In this document: piece by piece, positions 20,073 to 29,934 of the stretch | Numbering within the stretch: position 1 is the first letter of the stretch | How the letters are laid out: each line of letters begins with the position of its first letter | Assembly (NCBI GenBank): GCA_032128875.1 | Contig: JAVLKG010000001.1 | Span: 1-64,000, forward strand | Direction: 5' to 3' | DNA from: Candidatus Melainabacteria bacterium 17Bon1m | GTDB taxonomy: Bacteria > Cyanobacteriota > Vampirovibrionia > Obscuribacterales > Obscuribacteraceae | DNA length: 64,000 bases | Made by a program: the position numbers and the translations under genes | Notes under the pieces: model-generated | Told to the model about the DNA's origin: nothing | What the model saw: only the letters and a program-made list of their open reading frames with translations | The model's database searches: none

Positions 20073-20115
20073 ATTCTACCCGGGTAAAATCGACGTGTCA
20101 ATATTACCCGGGTAA
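20073..20115 (-). promoter_or_regulatory. Sigma70 promoter with two TACCCGGGTA palindromic operators
   Basis: Minus strand TTGACA (20101-20096), 17 nt, TAGAAT (20078-20073); palindromes at 20077-20086 and 20104-20115. Confidence 0.85.
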
Positions 20116-20149
20116 AACCAAGCGTCGAGACTTCAACGTTGCTCACTTT

Positions 20150-20968
20150 TCAGTGTGCTGGATAATTCTTGAGAGCCTGGCTGATTTCTTCATAGAGCTT
20201 CGGCAGCCACACAGGATCGTTGGGAGTAGCTGGAGGCGCTTTAAAGGTACGCAGATCAACGGGGCAGATAATGATCGCGATGTTGTGGTCTTTCGTGTCA
20301 TTGGCAAGAACGAAGAGGTCTTCTGAAGCGACGTCGCCCATTGCCAAACAGCCGACTGACCCATCAGAGCCGTGTATCAAAATATCGCTCCCAGGCTTTG
20401 TTCTGCCGTCGATGCGTGCGTGTGCGAGATCGAAGTCATTTGGATAGTTCAAGCGAAGAGCCAGATGGTATGGCGTATTTGGTTCTAATGACTCAAGCCG
20501 ATAGACGCCTTCTGGTACTTGAAAATCTCCTTCGCGAAGCTTGGGCCCTAGCTTCCCGCTCGCCCCTAATATTGGATAGGTGTGCAAATGCTTGAACACG
20601 CCATCGGCAGAACCGACATAAACCTCAAGTATGCGCTTGTCTTTGAACGCTAGCATTGCCAGTTTTTCTGGAGGATATGCAAAGCTCGCTTCCTGAAACA
20701 TTGCACGGAGCCTAGCTCTTGCGATTTCGCCGTAAGTTTCTATTTGGTCGGCAACTGTTTTCTTGCCCAGCAATGGGCGCATTGCCGGAATCTGCATCAT
20801 CAGTTCGACAATTGGTCCGCGCAGAAAGACTGCCATTGCACCCAATACCGCAACTGCGATGATTCCGATGATCAGACGTTTTTTCAAAGATCCTCGAACA
20901 AAAACAAGTATTGCGCCAAAACTCGTAGCTGCGGTTACTCCGAAGATCAGAAGATTTCTGTACCGCAT
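20150..20968 (-). CDS. L,D-transpeptidase (YkuD) family protein, LdtF/DpaA-like
   Basis: GPKLREGDFQVPEGVY, LNYPN and ILIHGSDGSVGC; two N-terminal TM segments. Confidence 0.85.
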   Translation of the reverse strand: MRYRNLLIFGVTAATSFGAILVFVRGSLKKRLIIGIIAVAVLGAMAVFLRGPIVELMMQIPAMRPLLGKKTVADQIETYGEIARARLRAMFQEASFAYPPEKLAMLAFKDKRILEVYVGSADGVFKHLHTYPILGASGKLGPKLREGDFQVPEGVYRLESLEPNTPYHLALRLNYPNDFDLAHARIDGRTKPGSDILIHGSDGSVGCLAMGDVASEDLFVLANDTKDHNIAIIICPVDLRTFKAPPATPNDPVWLPKLYEEISQALKNYPAH

Positions 20969-21002
20969 CTGTTAGCTCTAGGCAGCCTTTGGAGACTTCC
21001 CG

Positions 21003-22328
21003 CTAGTCCAAATATTCTCGGAGTTTACGAGAACGGTTTGGGTGGCGCAGTTTTCTCAAAGCTTTGGCTTCAATCTGTCTGATACGTTCGCGCGTAACAC
21101 CGAACAGCTGACCGACTTCTTCCAACGTGCGCTGGCGTCCGTCGTCCAAACCGAAGCGCAGGCGCAATACGTCGCGTTCGCGCGGTGCCAGACCAGCCAT
21201 AACTTCGATGATGTCTTCGCGTAGCAATTCCTGCGTTATGCTTGTCGCAGGCGTCGCGGCATCGGTATCTTCAACGAAGTCGCCGAGTTTGGAATCGTCC
21301 TCTTTTCCGACTGGAGTTTCCAGCGAAACCGGCTCTGCCGACATTTTGATAATTTCGCGCAACTTGCTGACGCTGATTTCCATAACCGCGGCGATTTCTT
21401 CTTCGGTCGGTTTTCTGCCTTTGTCTTGCGCCAGTTGCCGTGTGGCTTTCTTGATTTTGTTGATGGTTTCAACCATGTGCACCGGAATGCGGATAGTCCG
21501 CGCCTGGTCAGCGATTGCACGAGTGATTGCCTGGCGAATCCACCATGTGGCGTAGGTGCTGAACTTATAACCGCGCTCGTAATCGAATTTCTCGGCTGCG
21601 CGAATCAAACCTAAGTTGCCCTCTTGAATCAAATCAAGTAACTGCATGCCGCGTCCTGCGTAGCGTTTTGCAATAGACACTACGAGACGCAAGTTGGCTT
21701 GCACCAGTTGGCGTTTTGCAACCGCGCCCTCGGCGCCGCCCTGCTCAATTCTTCTTGCCAGTTCAATTTCCTGGTCCGCTTTCAAAAGTGGAATGGTCCC
21801 AATTTCGCGCAAATACATGCGGATTGGGTCGCCGTCTGTTAATCCGCCCTGCAGGGTCTGGATATTGACGTCTTCTTCTGTAACTTCGTCATCTTCGATG
21901 GCAAAGCCGGCCGCATTTTCCTCCTCGGCTTCCTCGAATTGTTCTTCGTCCCCCTGTGCGGGTTTCTGCTCAAACGTGGAAGAGGTTGATGAAGATTCTC
22001 GTTTGGATGTTGGCTTTTTCGCCATTTTGTCCTTCCTGCCGCCGCCGGCCTTGGTCTCCGCTTTAATGTGCCCCGAGTCAACAGTAGCAAATTTCCGCTC
22101 GGTTAAGGTTTGGGACAGTATATCCCGTAACCTATCCTTAAATCCTATCGGAATCGGGATGTCATTGCGAAAATCCCGAAGCTGCTGACGCACCTTAAGA
22201 CTGTCTGCCCATGACTCGTGGCAGGTTAAACATTGGTCTATATGTTTAAGAACCCCGGCCGTGGTTTCAGTCGTGGCTTGATCGTCCAACATCAGCTCCA
22301 GTAGCGGGATTGCGTCTAGGCAATTCAT
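21003..22328 (-). CDS. rpoD: Zinc anti-sigma (zf-HC2) domain fused to RpoD-type sigma70 factor
   Basis: N-terminal [11 protein letters not shown]; then [35 protein letters not shown] and TRERIRQIE. Possible internal start at 22025. Confidence 0.85.
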   Translation of the reverse strand: MNCLDAIPLLELMLDDQATTETTAGVLKHIDQCLTCHESWADSLKVRQQLRDFRNDIPIPIGFKDRLRDILSQTLTERKFATVDSGHIKAETKAGGGRKDKMAKKPTSKRESSSTSSTFEQKPAQGDEEQFEEAEEENAAGFAIEDDEVTEEDVNIQTLQGGLTDGDPIRMYLREIGTIPLLKADQEIELARRIEQGGAEGAVAKRQLVQANLRLVVSIAKRYAGRGMQLLDLIQEGNLGLIRAAEKFDYERGYKFSTYATWWIRQAITRAIADQARTIRIPVHMVETINKIKKATRQLAQDKGRKPTEEEIAAVMEISVSKLREIIKMSAEPVSLETPVGKEDDSKLGDFVEDTDAATPATSITQELLREDIIEVMAGLAPRERDVLRLRFGLDDGRQRTLEEVGQLFGVTRERIRQIEAKALRKLRHPNRSRKLREYLD

Positions 22329-22330
22329 TT

Positions 22331-22909
22331 TTAGCCTCTTTCACAATTGGGTTGGGAAGGGATATCTTTCGGCGCCTGTGAGCCGGGCGGGTTGCAAAGT
22401 TTTTTCCGCAGCAGTGCCCGGGCTCGAAACAGCCTGGACATGACTGTTCCTTTAGGCACATCCAGAATTTGTGCGATTTCCTCATAGCTTGCGTCGTCGA
22501 TCTCTCGAAGCAACAGTGGAACCTGGAGCTGCTCCGGGAGTGTCGACAGCGCTTTCAATACTTCTGGGTGTATCTCGAACTCGCAGATACCATGCTCTGG
22601 CCCTGGTTGTATCAACGTTTCATCCATTTCAATGGTGTCATCCCATTCAACCGTCTCCACTGTGCGCCCTCCTCTGCGGAAATGGTCACGCACCGTGTTG
22701 ATGAGAATTTTGCTTAACCAGTTTTTGACGCTAGTATCATGGCGGAAGTTATCGAGATTTTTGTACGCCTTTATGTATGTCTCCTGCAAAATGTCTTCTG
22801 CATCATGGGCGTTTCCAACGCGTGAAAACGCCAGTCTAAAAAGTGGTTCTGCGTGCTGCAACGCCAATTCTTCAAAGTTTGCGTAAAGTGGTTGCTTTTT
22901 CGATTTCAT
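22331..22909 (-). CDS. ECF sigma factor (SigH/SigR/RpoE-like)
   Basis: [22 protein letters not shown] and [24 protein letters not shown]. Confidence 0.92.
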   Translation of the reverse strand: MKSKKQPLYANFEELALQHAEPLFRLAFSRVGNAHDAEDILQETYIKAYKNLDNFRHDTSVKNWLSKILINTVRDHFRRGGRTVETVEWDDTIEMDETLIQPGPEHGICEFEIHPEVLKALSTLPEQLQVPLLLREIDDASYEEIAQILDVPKGTVMSRLFRARALLRKKLCNPPGSQAPKDIPSQPNCERG

Positions 22910-22937
22910 GGACTGGTTTGTCTCGCTTCTATAAATT

Positions 22938-22965
22938 GAGACGCTGAGCTTTCCGGATTTATTCC
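22938..22965 (-). promoter_or_regulatory. Putative ECF autoregulatory promoter
   Basis: Minus strand GGAATA, 16 nt, CGTCTC, ending 28 nt upstream of the ECF start codon. Confidence 0.6.
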
Positions 22966-23062
22966 CTGTGCATTCTGGACTTCAAGTTGATTAAATTGCT
23001 TTGCAAGAAACGATTGAATCAGCCTTGGCTGTGGTTTATTACTTGTTGGTAAGAGGTTTCAG

Positions 23063-24328
23063 GTGCCAAAACTTCGTCGGTTAGCTGTTTTGATGGTTGC
23101 GCTGGTGCTCTTGCACCCTGCGCCAAGTTGCTTTGCCCAGGGGGCGGAAGAATTTCAGAGAGGCACATCGGCGTACGGACAAAAGAATTACGCGGCTGCA
23201 GTTGGGCATTTCACGCAATCGGCCCAGAAGGGTAACGTCACAGCGACATATTATCTGGCGATGTGTTATCTCGGCTTGAAACAGGAAGCAAAGGCGATTG
23301 AGCTTTTTCAGCACATCAGCAAAAACTTTCCCAGCACTCAAGAAGCCGACTTGGCGAATACATATCTTGGAAGACTTAGTCAGACTCCTGGTGCCGCGGC
23401 AACGCAAGTGTCCACTGTGAAAGCTTCAGCGGAATCGGCTGCTGAAGCTGTTATCGAAAAGGCGGAAAAACTTTCTGAGGCTCAGTGGAAAGCATTGCCG
23501 CAGACTGCCCGAATTCCATTTCAGATGAAGAATGGACACATGTATGTGCAAACGAAGATCAAAGGACGTTACGTCAACATAATTTTCGATACAGGTGCCA
23601 GCATGTGCGGTATCAGCAGAACAGATTTTCCAGATTTGTTTAGCGCCGCGGAAATTGAGAAAGGTCCTGAGATTCCTGTATCGCGTCCGCATGGCGTACA
23701 GCTAATGCATTTGGTCAACGGTGAAGTGTCTGTTGATCGCATCACAAGAAACTGCACTTTCATGGTTACAAATGAACCTGGGGTATCTGTCATTGGTCAA
23801 AATTTCTTCAAAGAATACACGTACGAAATTGATGGCTTTTACATTCGAATGACGAAAGCACCGTATGTGAGTCCGCTCATCGCAAAGGCAAAAGCAGCTG
23901 AAGCGAAGTTGAATGAATTGAAAACGGCTCCGCCGGGAAAAGCAGGAAGTACGCAATCGCGAAGCGCAGCGAATTCATCTTCATCTCCGGTGAAATCCAG
24001 CGACAAGTACACCGTTCCTTTTGAGCGAGAGAAGAACTGTATGATCGTTGAAGTTATGGTGAATGGAAAACCGACTAAAGCAACCTTTGATACAGGATGT
24101 GCGCCGGACGGTCTCGTGATGCCAATGTGGTTTGTCAAGAAACTGGGAATTGAGCACAATTCCGATGGGTATTACGCGGAGCGCGCTGAAATAGGACCAA
24201 TTATCAGAAAATATGCAAAAGTCCATTTTGCTAACGGTTTGGATTGCATTCTTATCGGTCCGAAGTTTTTCGGTGATCGCCCCTATACCGTTGATCCCAC
24301 TAACAATGTGATCAAGTTCCAGTATTAG
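23063..24328 (+). CDS. Secreted TPR protein with two retropepsin-like aspartic protease domains
   Basis: Signal peptide, TPR, IIFDTGAS..VIGQNF and ATFDTGC..LIGPKF. Confidence 0.82.
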   Translation: MPKLRRLAVLMVALVLLHPAPSCFAQGAEEFQRGTSAYGQKNYAAAVGHFTQSAQKGNVTATYYLAMCYLGLKQEAKAIELFQHISKNFPSTQEADLANTYLGRLSQTPGAAATQVSTVKASAESAAEAVIEKAEKLSEAQWKALPQTARIPFQMKNGHMYVQTKIKGRYVNIIFDTGASMCGISRTDFPDLFSAAEIEKGPEIPVSRPHGVQLMHLVNGEVSVDRITRNCTFMVTNEPGVSVIGQNFFKEYTYEIDGFYIRMTKAPYVSPLIAKAKAAEAKLNELKTAPPGKAGSTQSRSAANSSSSPVKSSDKYTVPFEREKNCMIVEVMVNGKPTKATFDTGCAPDGLVMPMWFVKKLGIEHNSDGYYAERAEIGPIIRKYAKVHFANGLDCILIGPKFFGDRPYTVDPTNNVIKFQY

Positions 24329-24504
24329 CTGAAGGTAAAAGGAGGAGATTCCTTTGTGCCGTTGTTTCAGGGTTAAGTGTTCGAGATGCAAGGCGTAAAA
24401 GGAGGACGTCTTGCTTGAGGGCAGGAATCTCCTCATTTAGTATCGCACTGTGTCGCTTGCAAAATGCTTTCTGTGCCAGAAGCGGTCGACGCATGGCGTC
24501 GCTC

Positions 24505-25887
24505 CTACTTCTTGCCGTTTAACTGTGGGAAATCTACTGAAATAACTGTTCCACATTCGCCATTTGGGCTGTCGATGGAAATTTTTGCATTGTGCGCGTT
24601 GGCAACTTCGCGGACGATGGAAAGTCCAAGCCCACTGCCACTACCTGAGGTGCCGTCGATTCTGTAAAATCGCTCGAATACTTTGCTTCTTTCTTCCTCG
24701 GGAATCCCGCTTCCTGTGTCTATGACTCGCAATGTGATGTGATCGCCTTTCTTAATTTGCACTTTTACTTTTCCACCGTTTGGCGTATAGAGCAGTGCAT
24801 TTTCCACAAGATTGCTGACGAGATTTCTCAGTCCGGTTTGTTCACCATAAACAACAGCTGGCTCCTGCGATGATTCATAAACCAGCTCCAGGTCCTTCAA
24901 TACTGCGCGTTCTACTAGTTCGGCCGTGACGTCAGAGGCAACGAAGTTGAGATCGACTTGTGTCTTTTGACTCGTGTTTTGATCGCTGTTATCGGTTCGA
25001 GCCAACGCCAACATTTGTCCAACAAGCCGTGAGGCGCGGTCTATGCCTGTGTCGATTTCTTTGACGACGTGCTTCAGATCTTCCTTGTCATTCATCTCAA
25101 TACCGATGCTCGAGTATGTTTTTAAACCCGCCAGCGGTGTGCGCAATTGATGCGCAGCATTTGCAATAAATCGTTGGTGCGCTTTCAAGTCTTCGCGCAA
25201 CCGTGACAATAATTGGTTGATTGCATCCACCAGCGGAAGTACCTCTTCGGGCACTTCTGCATCAGAAACCGCACTCAAGTCGGAGCGAGAGCGACTGCGA
25301 ATCTGCGCTTGCAAAAGTCCGAGTGGAGTGAGGATTTTTGTGACACCATACCAAACAGCAATAAGACCAACAATCAGCACAAGTAATTGTGGTATCGCAA
25401 TGCTCGCCAGTAATTTTTGTTGAAAGAGTGATCTGACTTTGGTCGTCTCTGCCACTTGTACAATTACGGTATCGCCGCCGGGCTCGTCTACGTCAACCTT
25501 AATTTGTGCGATGCGGACTTCTTTGCCGTTGAGTTTTACAGTCGCAAGCTGTGGCTCGCCGAGTTGTAAATTGCTCTTCGGCTCTGGCATGTCGGCATCG
25601 CCAGTGATTCTTTCACCGTCGCTTCCTACGACGCAGTAATAAAATCTGTCCGAAACGTCGTGCTTTAAAATTGCAATTGCGGCAGGTGGAAGATCGGCAG
25701 TTACTTTTCCGTTCTTCACGCGTAATCTGCCGACGACTGAGTCGGCGGAGCTGATCAAATCCTTGTCGAATGACTCGCTGGAATATGATGACACCAGCCA
25801 GTAACTAACGATTGCACTGGCAATGAACAGTCCAATAAGAACGGGCATGAAAAGGATAAGTAACTGCTTGCGAATCGAAACTCTCAT
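24505..25887 (-). CDS. Sensor histidine kinase (TctE/QseC-like)
   Basis: Two TM, HAMP, NAAHQLRTPL, NLVENALLY, DTGSGI and GSGLGL. Confidence 0.93.
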   Translation of the reverse strand: MRVSIRKQLLILFMPVLIGLFIASAIVSYWLVSSYSSESFDKDLISSADSVVGRLRVKNGKVTADLPPAAIAILKHDVSDRFYYCVVGSDGERITGDADMPEPKSNLQLGEPQLATVKLNGKEVRIAQIKVDVDEPGGDTVIVQVAETTKVRSLFQQKLLASIAIPQLLVLIVGLIAVWYGVTKILTPLGLLQAQIRSRSRSDLSAVSDAEVPEEVLPLVDAINQLLSRLREDLKAHQRFIANAAHQLRTPLAGLKTYSSIGIEMNDKEDLKHVVKEIDTGIDRASRLVGQMLALARTDNSDQNTSQKTQVDLNFVASDVTAELVERAVLKDLELVYESSQEPAVVYGEQTGLRNLVSNLVENALLYTPNGGKVKVQIKKGDHITLRVIDTGSGIPEEERSKVFERFYRIDGTSGSGSGLGLSIVREVANAHNAKISIDSPNGECGTVISVDFPQLNGKK

Positions 25888-26549
25888 TTCTTTTCGAGTA
25901 CGTACCCAAAGCCGCGCACAGTGTTGATCGAAACATCAGCTGATTCCAGCTTTTTGCGCAATCTGTGAATGACGATTTCGACAGCGTTTTCGCTGGACTC
26001 ATCCTTCCAATCCGATACTTGTTCAACAAGGAGGCGTTTGTTCACAACTTGCCCCGCCTTCGACATGAGTGCGTGCAGAATGCAGGATTCTTTTGGCGTG
26101 AGGTCTAATTCTTGCTCGTTGAGATGCAGGCGACCGCTATTTGTGTTCAACTTCAGCGAGCCGAACTCTAATTCAAGCTGGTTGCGCCAGTGGCTCTTTC
26201 TCAAGACGGCACGCATGCGAGCTTCTAATTCTCTGAAATCAAAAGGTTTAACGAGATAGTCGTTGGCACCAATGTCGAGCCCGTTGATTCTGTCTTCAAC
26301 TCTATCTCTGGCCGTGATGACAATTACAGGCATATCTTCGCCGCGCTTACGCAGTTCGCTGAGGACGTTGGTTCCGTCCATGCCCGGCAATCCGAGGTCG
26401 AGCAGCACGAGGTCATATGGCGCGCTCATAAGCGCGGCATTTGCTTCCGTACCGGTGCGCACACCATCTACTGTGTAGTCTTTGTGCTTAAGGGCGTGCG
26501 AGAGAGCGGACAACAGATACTCATCATCTTCAGCCAATAGTACTCGCAT
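25884..26549 (-). CDS. OmpR-family response regulator (TctD/QseB-like)
   Basis: MRVLLAEDD, LLDLGLP, DYLVKPF and TVRGFGY; GGAGGA SD before the ATG at 26549. Confidence 0.93.
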   Translation of the reverse strand: MRVLLAEDDEYLLSALSHALKHKDYTVDGVRTGTEANAALMSAPYDLVLLDLGLPGMDGTNVLSELRKRGEDMPVIVITARDRVEDRINGLDIGANDYLVKPFDFRELEARMRAVLRKSHWRNQLELEFGSLKLNTNSGRLHLNEQELDLTPKESCILHALMSKAGQVVNKRLLVEQVSDWKDESSENAVEIVIHRLRKKLESADVSINTVRGFGYVLEKK

Positions 26550-27088
26550 GGTGAAATCCTCCATATCTGTCGTGTTGCCTTGAGCTGCCTGTGTTCGATT
26601 GCAGAGCCTGCAGAGGCGAAATGCCCAAAAGTCAGGTCTGTAATGGATTGTAGGGGATTGACGTGCCAATACGACCGCCAAGCGCTCAATTCAATGATAA
26701 CGGATCTCAATATGCGTTTTCTTGCGGAGAGCTTGCAAACTGGCAGGGGCGCCCACGAACCACATTAATTCTAGGCGTTTGCCGACATCAGATTTTTAAA
26801 ACTACTTGGTTGAGAAGTCCAGTCTGTGACTTGGTTGTGTGAGTCATGCATGGGGTAGATAGGGCGGCTCTACTTACTCTGTGGAATTGCACCTTTTCCG
26901 CCATTCTGGGCTCGGATAGGATGTCTTGACTCCCCAATTCCGGCGCCTTTGCATTGCCGGACCAGAGAATATGAGCCCCACTTCGAAGACGGTACAAATC
27001 ATTTTGAGTCGTTTGAGTGCCTCTGACCACACCAAGCAGTGAGTTGTGACAGAGCAGTCCTTAAACGATCTGATACTCGGAGGCGTTT

Positions 27089-27523
27089 ATGAAAGAAGAG
27101 CTTATTTGGGCTTTGGTATTTGATTATCCGCGCGTATACATAGGCGCGCGCCGAAAGTATGAGATGGCCAGCTTTCAAGGTATAAGCTGTGGCGACGGAT
27201 GGGAGTCTATTGTGAGATGGTTATCGGCGGGAATAGAACGGCTGATCGAGCAAGAGCCCGAGGAAGAGCGCGAGTTTTATCGCTGTATTGAGGTGCGCGA
27301 ACGCTTTGGCGGGCTTGAGTTTTACATGAATGACGCTACACCTGAGATGGCAAAACTAGTGCGTGTAGCTGTGGCGGAGAGCTTTTGTCATTGTGAGTTC
27401 TGTGGCAACCCTGGGACCTTGAGGCAAGATGGAAGGCGTGGTGCTAAAACCCTTTGTGACGCATGCAGGGGGAAAGTAGTAGTACTTCCACTACCTGCAC
27501 AAGTGCCCACACCGATGAGTTAG
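27089..27523 (+). CDS. Hypothetical protein with C-terminal CxxC..CxxC, phage-like family
   Basis: GGAGG SD; CGDGW, ERFGGLEFY, CEFCG.PG and TLCDAC. Confidence 0.7.
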   Translation: MKEELIWALVFDYPRVYIGARRKYEMASFQGISCGDGWESIVRWLSAGIERLIEQEPEEEREFYRCIEVRERFGGLEFYMNDATPEMAKLVRVAVAESFCHCEFCGNPGTLRQDGRRGAKTLCDACRGKVVVLPLPAQVPTPMS

Positions 27524-27589
27524 TGTTATCCGTTAAAATCTAACAGTTTCTGGGAGAATATGCTCACTGAGTTCTCTTGAATTCAAAAC

Positions 27590-27614
27590 GGGCGATGCCT
27601 GGCATCGCCCCTAC
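27590..27614. repeat. Single GTAG-type REP-like palindrome
   Basis: GGGCGATGCC-T-GGCATCGCCC followed by CTAC. Confidence 0.7.
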
Positions 27615-27631
27615 GCGAAAGGCAAGCAGCT

Positions 27632-28369
27632 TTGGATTTCCTAAACGAAATTGCGCATCGACCGTATTTGTTGCCTGTGACACCATATGTGATGTCACAG
27701 GTATGGCGCAATTTATTGTTTGCGCATTGGCGAGTTGATGCAACGTCACTTCAAAAACTCATTCCTGCGCCATTGGAAGTAGATACCTTTGACGGTTCTG
27801 CGTGGCTGGGTGTGGTTCCTTTCCGTATGTGCGAGGTCAAGGGGCGGATTATGCCCTTTCACGTTGATTTTTTGGAACTCAATGTTCGCACTTACGTTAA
27901 GTACGGCGATAAGAAGGGTGTTTACTTTTTTAGCCTCGATGCAGATCATGCGCCATCCGTCTGGGGGGCTCGTATTTTCTATGGGCTGCCGTACTTTAGA
28001 GCGAAGATGACTTACGAAAACAATAATGGTGTGATCAAGTACACGTCGAAGCGGTTAGGGCGTGGTCCATCTGCGGAATTTTCGGCAGTTTATGAACCGA
28101 CTGGAGCTGCGGAAATCTCTTCACCCGGAAGTCTTCAGCATTTTCTGACAGAACGATACTGTCTCATGATTTCGCACTTGGGTCATGTTCTGCGCACCGA
28201 CATTCATCACGGACCGTGGCTTTTGGCGCCCGCTCGCGCCGAGATCTCAATCAATTCGATGCCTTCTCCTCTAGGTTTTACCTTTGACACGCCGCCTGAT
28301 TCGCTGCTCTATGCCGCGGAGATGAGAATGGTCAACTGGCTGCCCTCTCGGGATGTTTTAGAACCATAA
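27632..28369 (+). CDS. YqjF/DUF2071 family protein
   Basis: WRNLLFAHW, WLGVVPFRM, FLELNVRTYV, GVYFFSLDA and FLTERY. Confidence 0.88.
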   Translation: MDFLNEIAHRPYLLPVTPYVMSQVWRNLLFAHWRVDATSLQKLIPAPLEVDTFDGSAWLGVVPFRMCEVKGRIMPFHVDFLELNVRTYVKYGDKKGVYFFSLDADHAPSVWGARIFYGLPYFRAKMTYENNNGVIKYTSKRLGRGPSAEFSAVYEPTGAAEISSPGSLQHFLTERYCLMISHLGHVLRTDIHHGPWLLAPARAEISINSMPSPLGFTFDTPPDSLLYAAEMRMVNWLPSRDVLEP

Positions 28370-28404
28370 TCAAAACATCTTCCAGGTGGTACATATACTT
28401 AGAC

Positions 28405-29934
28405 ATGATCTTGGAGCTACGTACCATTACATCGGAACCTAAACTTCCAGCCGCTGGTAAATCAAGAAGTTCTGCTATCGACTCGTGGGCGAGCGAAGCA
28501 GGAACGGACGTGCATGAAATCGAATACACGCACCAGACAGAGGAAGGCTTTTTGGCTGCCTTTCTCAAATTCTTGGATCAGATTTCCGACAAGAAAAGTT
28601 TTGATCCGCGCAGCACGATAATTCTCTGTTTGGGTTTGATTTGTGTTTTTGTCCTTTATCCTGTACAAACAGTCTGCTGGACAGCAGGCGCTATGGCTCT
28701 AGTTGGCTTGTTGCTCCTCGCTTCGGGATTGTTTTCCAATTACCCGATCATCACGTCGCAAGAAGGCATTACGTGGTCGCCTTTGCACGCGCTGAGCTTG
28801 AACGGCAGGTTTACAAGAAAGTGGAGTGAAATCAAAGCCATTGAATTCACCTATGGGCGCCAGATATCCAGCACTCCAGACAGCATTTGTATTGCATACA
28901 AAGACGGTTGTGATGTGCAATTGCGCCTGGCTGGTTTCACTAAGAAAAACCTGGAATTGTTATTGTTGATGATTCGCAACCGCTGTCCAAATGCACGATG
29001 GTTGCCTGAGGATGAGCGGGTCAGAATGAATGTCGCTTTGTCAGCCACGCCTACAAGTCAAATTTCATTCACCGGCTTGTGGTTGGATGAAATCGGATCG
29101 CGATTGGGAAGCACTGCTTTTGTACCGCTCGACCCAGGTACGGAGTTGCAAGACGGCCGCATCAAAGTAGTTGGTCAAATTGCGCTCGGTGGCTTGTCTG
29201 CCATTTATTTAGCACAGACAAATGACAAGAAAACGTGCGTCCTGAAAGAGTCCGTTGTTCCCTTCTCGTCGGAGGATGCCGCGCGCAAGGTTGCGCTCGA
29301 CTTGTTCAAACGTGAAGCACAGTTGCTTGCGCGTATCGATCATCCGCGCATTGCGCGCATCTATGATTTCTTCATCGAAAACGACCACCACTTCTTGCTG
29401 ATGGAATTTCTTGAAGGAAGAAATTTGCGTCAATATGTTCAGGAGCATGGTCCACAAAAGGAAACCATCTCTATTATTTGGGCGAAACAGATCGCAGATA
29501 TTTTGACCTATTTGCATGAGATGGAGCCACCGATTTTGCATCGTGATTTGACTCCGGACAATTTGATAGTCGAGGAAGATGGTGCAATTAGCTTGATTGA
29601 TTTCGGGGCCGCAAATCAGTTTCTTAGCACCGCAACTGGTACCATTATCGGCAAAACGTCTTATATGTCGCTAGAGCAGTTTCGCGGCAAATCCAGCCCG
29701 CCCTGTGATATTTACTCTTATGGCTGTACTCTTCAATACCTTCTACTCGGGATTGACCCGGAGCCCTTTTCCTATTCTGCAACTGCCACCGGGCGCAATG
29801 ATTGGAAGACGCTGCAAGAGCTTATTCGTGAATGCAAGATTGAAGATCCGAAAGCGCGTCCCACTGCACGCGTAATCGCTGAGCGACTTGAAATGATTAT
29901 GCGTGAGCGTGCACCAAAGGTGGCTGAAGCATGA
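28405..29934 (+). CDS. Membrane Ser/Thr protein kinase
   Basis: N-terminal TMs; GGLSAIY, HRDLTPDN, DFG and DIYSYG. Confidence 0.9.
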   Translation: MILELRTITSEPKLPAAGKSRSSAIDSWASEAGTDVHEIEYTHQTEEGFLAAFLKFLDQISDKKSFDPRSTIILCLGLICVFVLYPVQTVCWTAGAMALVGLLLLASGLFSNYPIITSQEGITWSPLHALSLNGRFTRKWSEIKAIEFTYGRQISSTPDSICIAYKDGCDVQLRLAGFTKKNLELLLLMIRNRCPNARWLPEDERVRMNVALSATPTSQISFTGLWLDEIGSRLGSTAFVPLDPGTELQDGRIKVVGQIALGGLSAIYLAQTNDKKTCVLKESVVPFSSEDAARKVALDLFKREAQLLARIDHPRIARIYDFFIENDHHFLLMEFLEGRNLRQYVQEHGPQKETISIIWAKQIADILTYLHEMEPPILHRDLTPDNLIVEEDGAISLIDFGAANQFLSTATGTIIGKTSYMSLEQFRGKSSPPCDIYSYGCTLQYLLLGIDPEPFSYSATATGRNDWKTLQELIRECKIEDPKARPTARVIAERLEMIMRERAPKVAEA

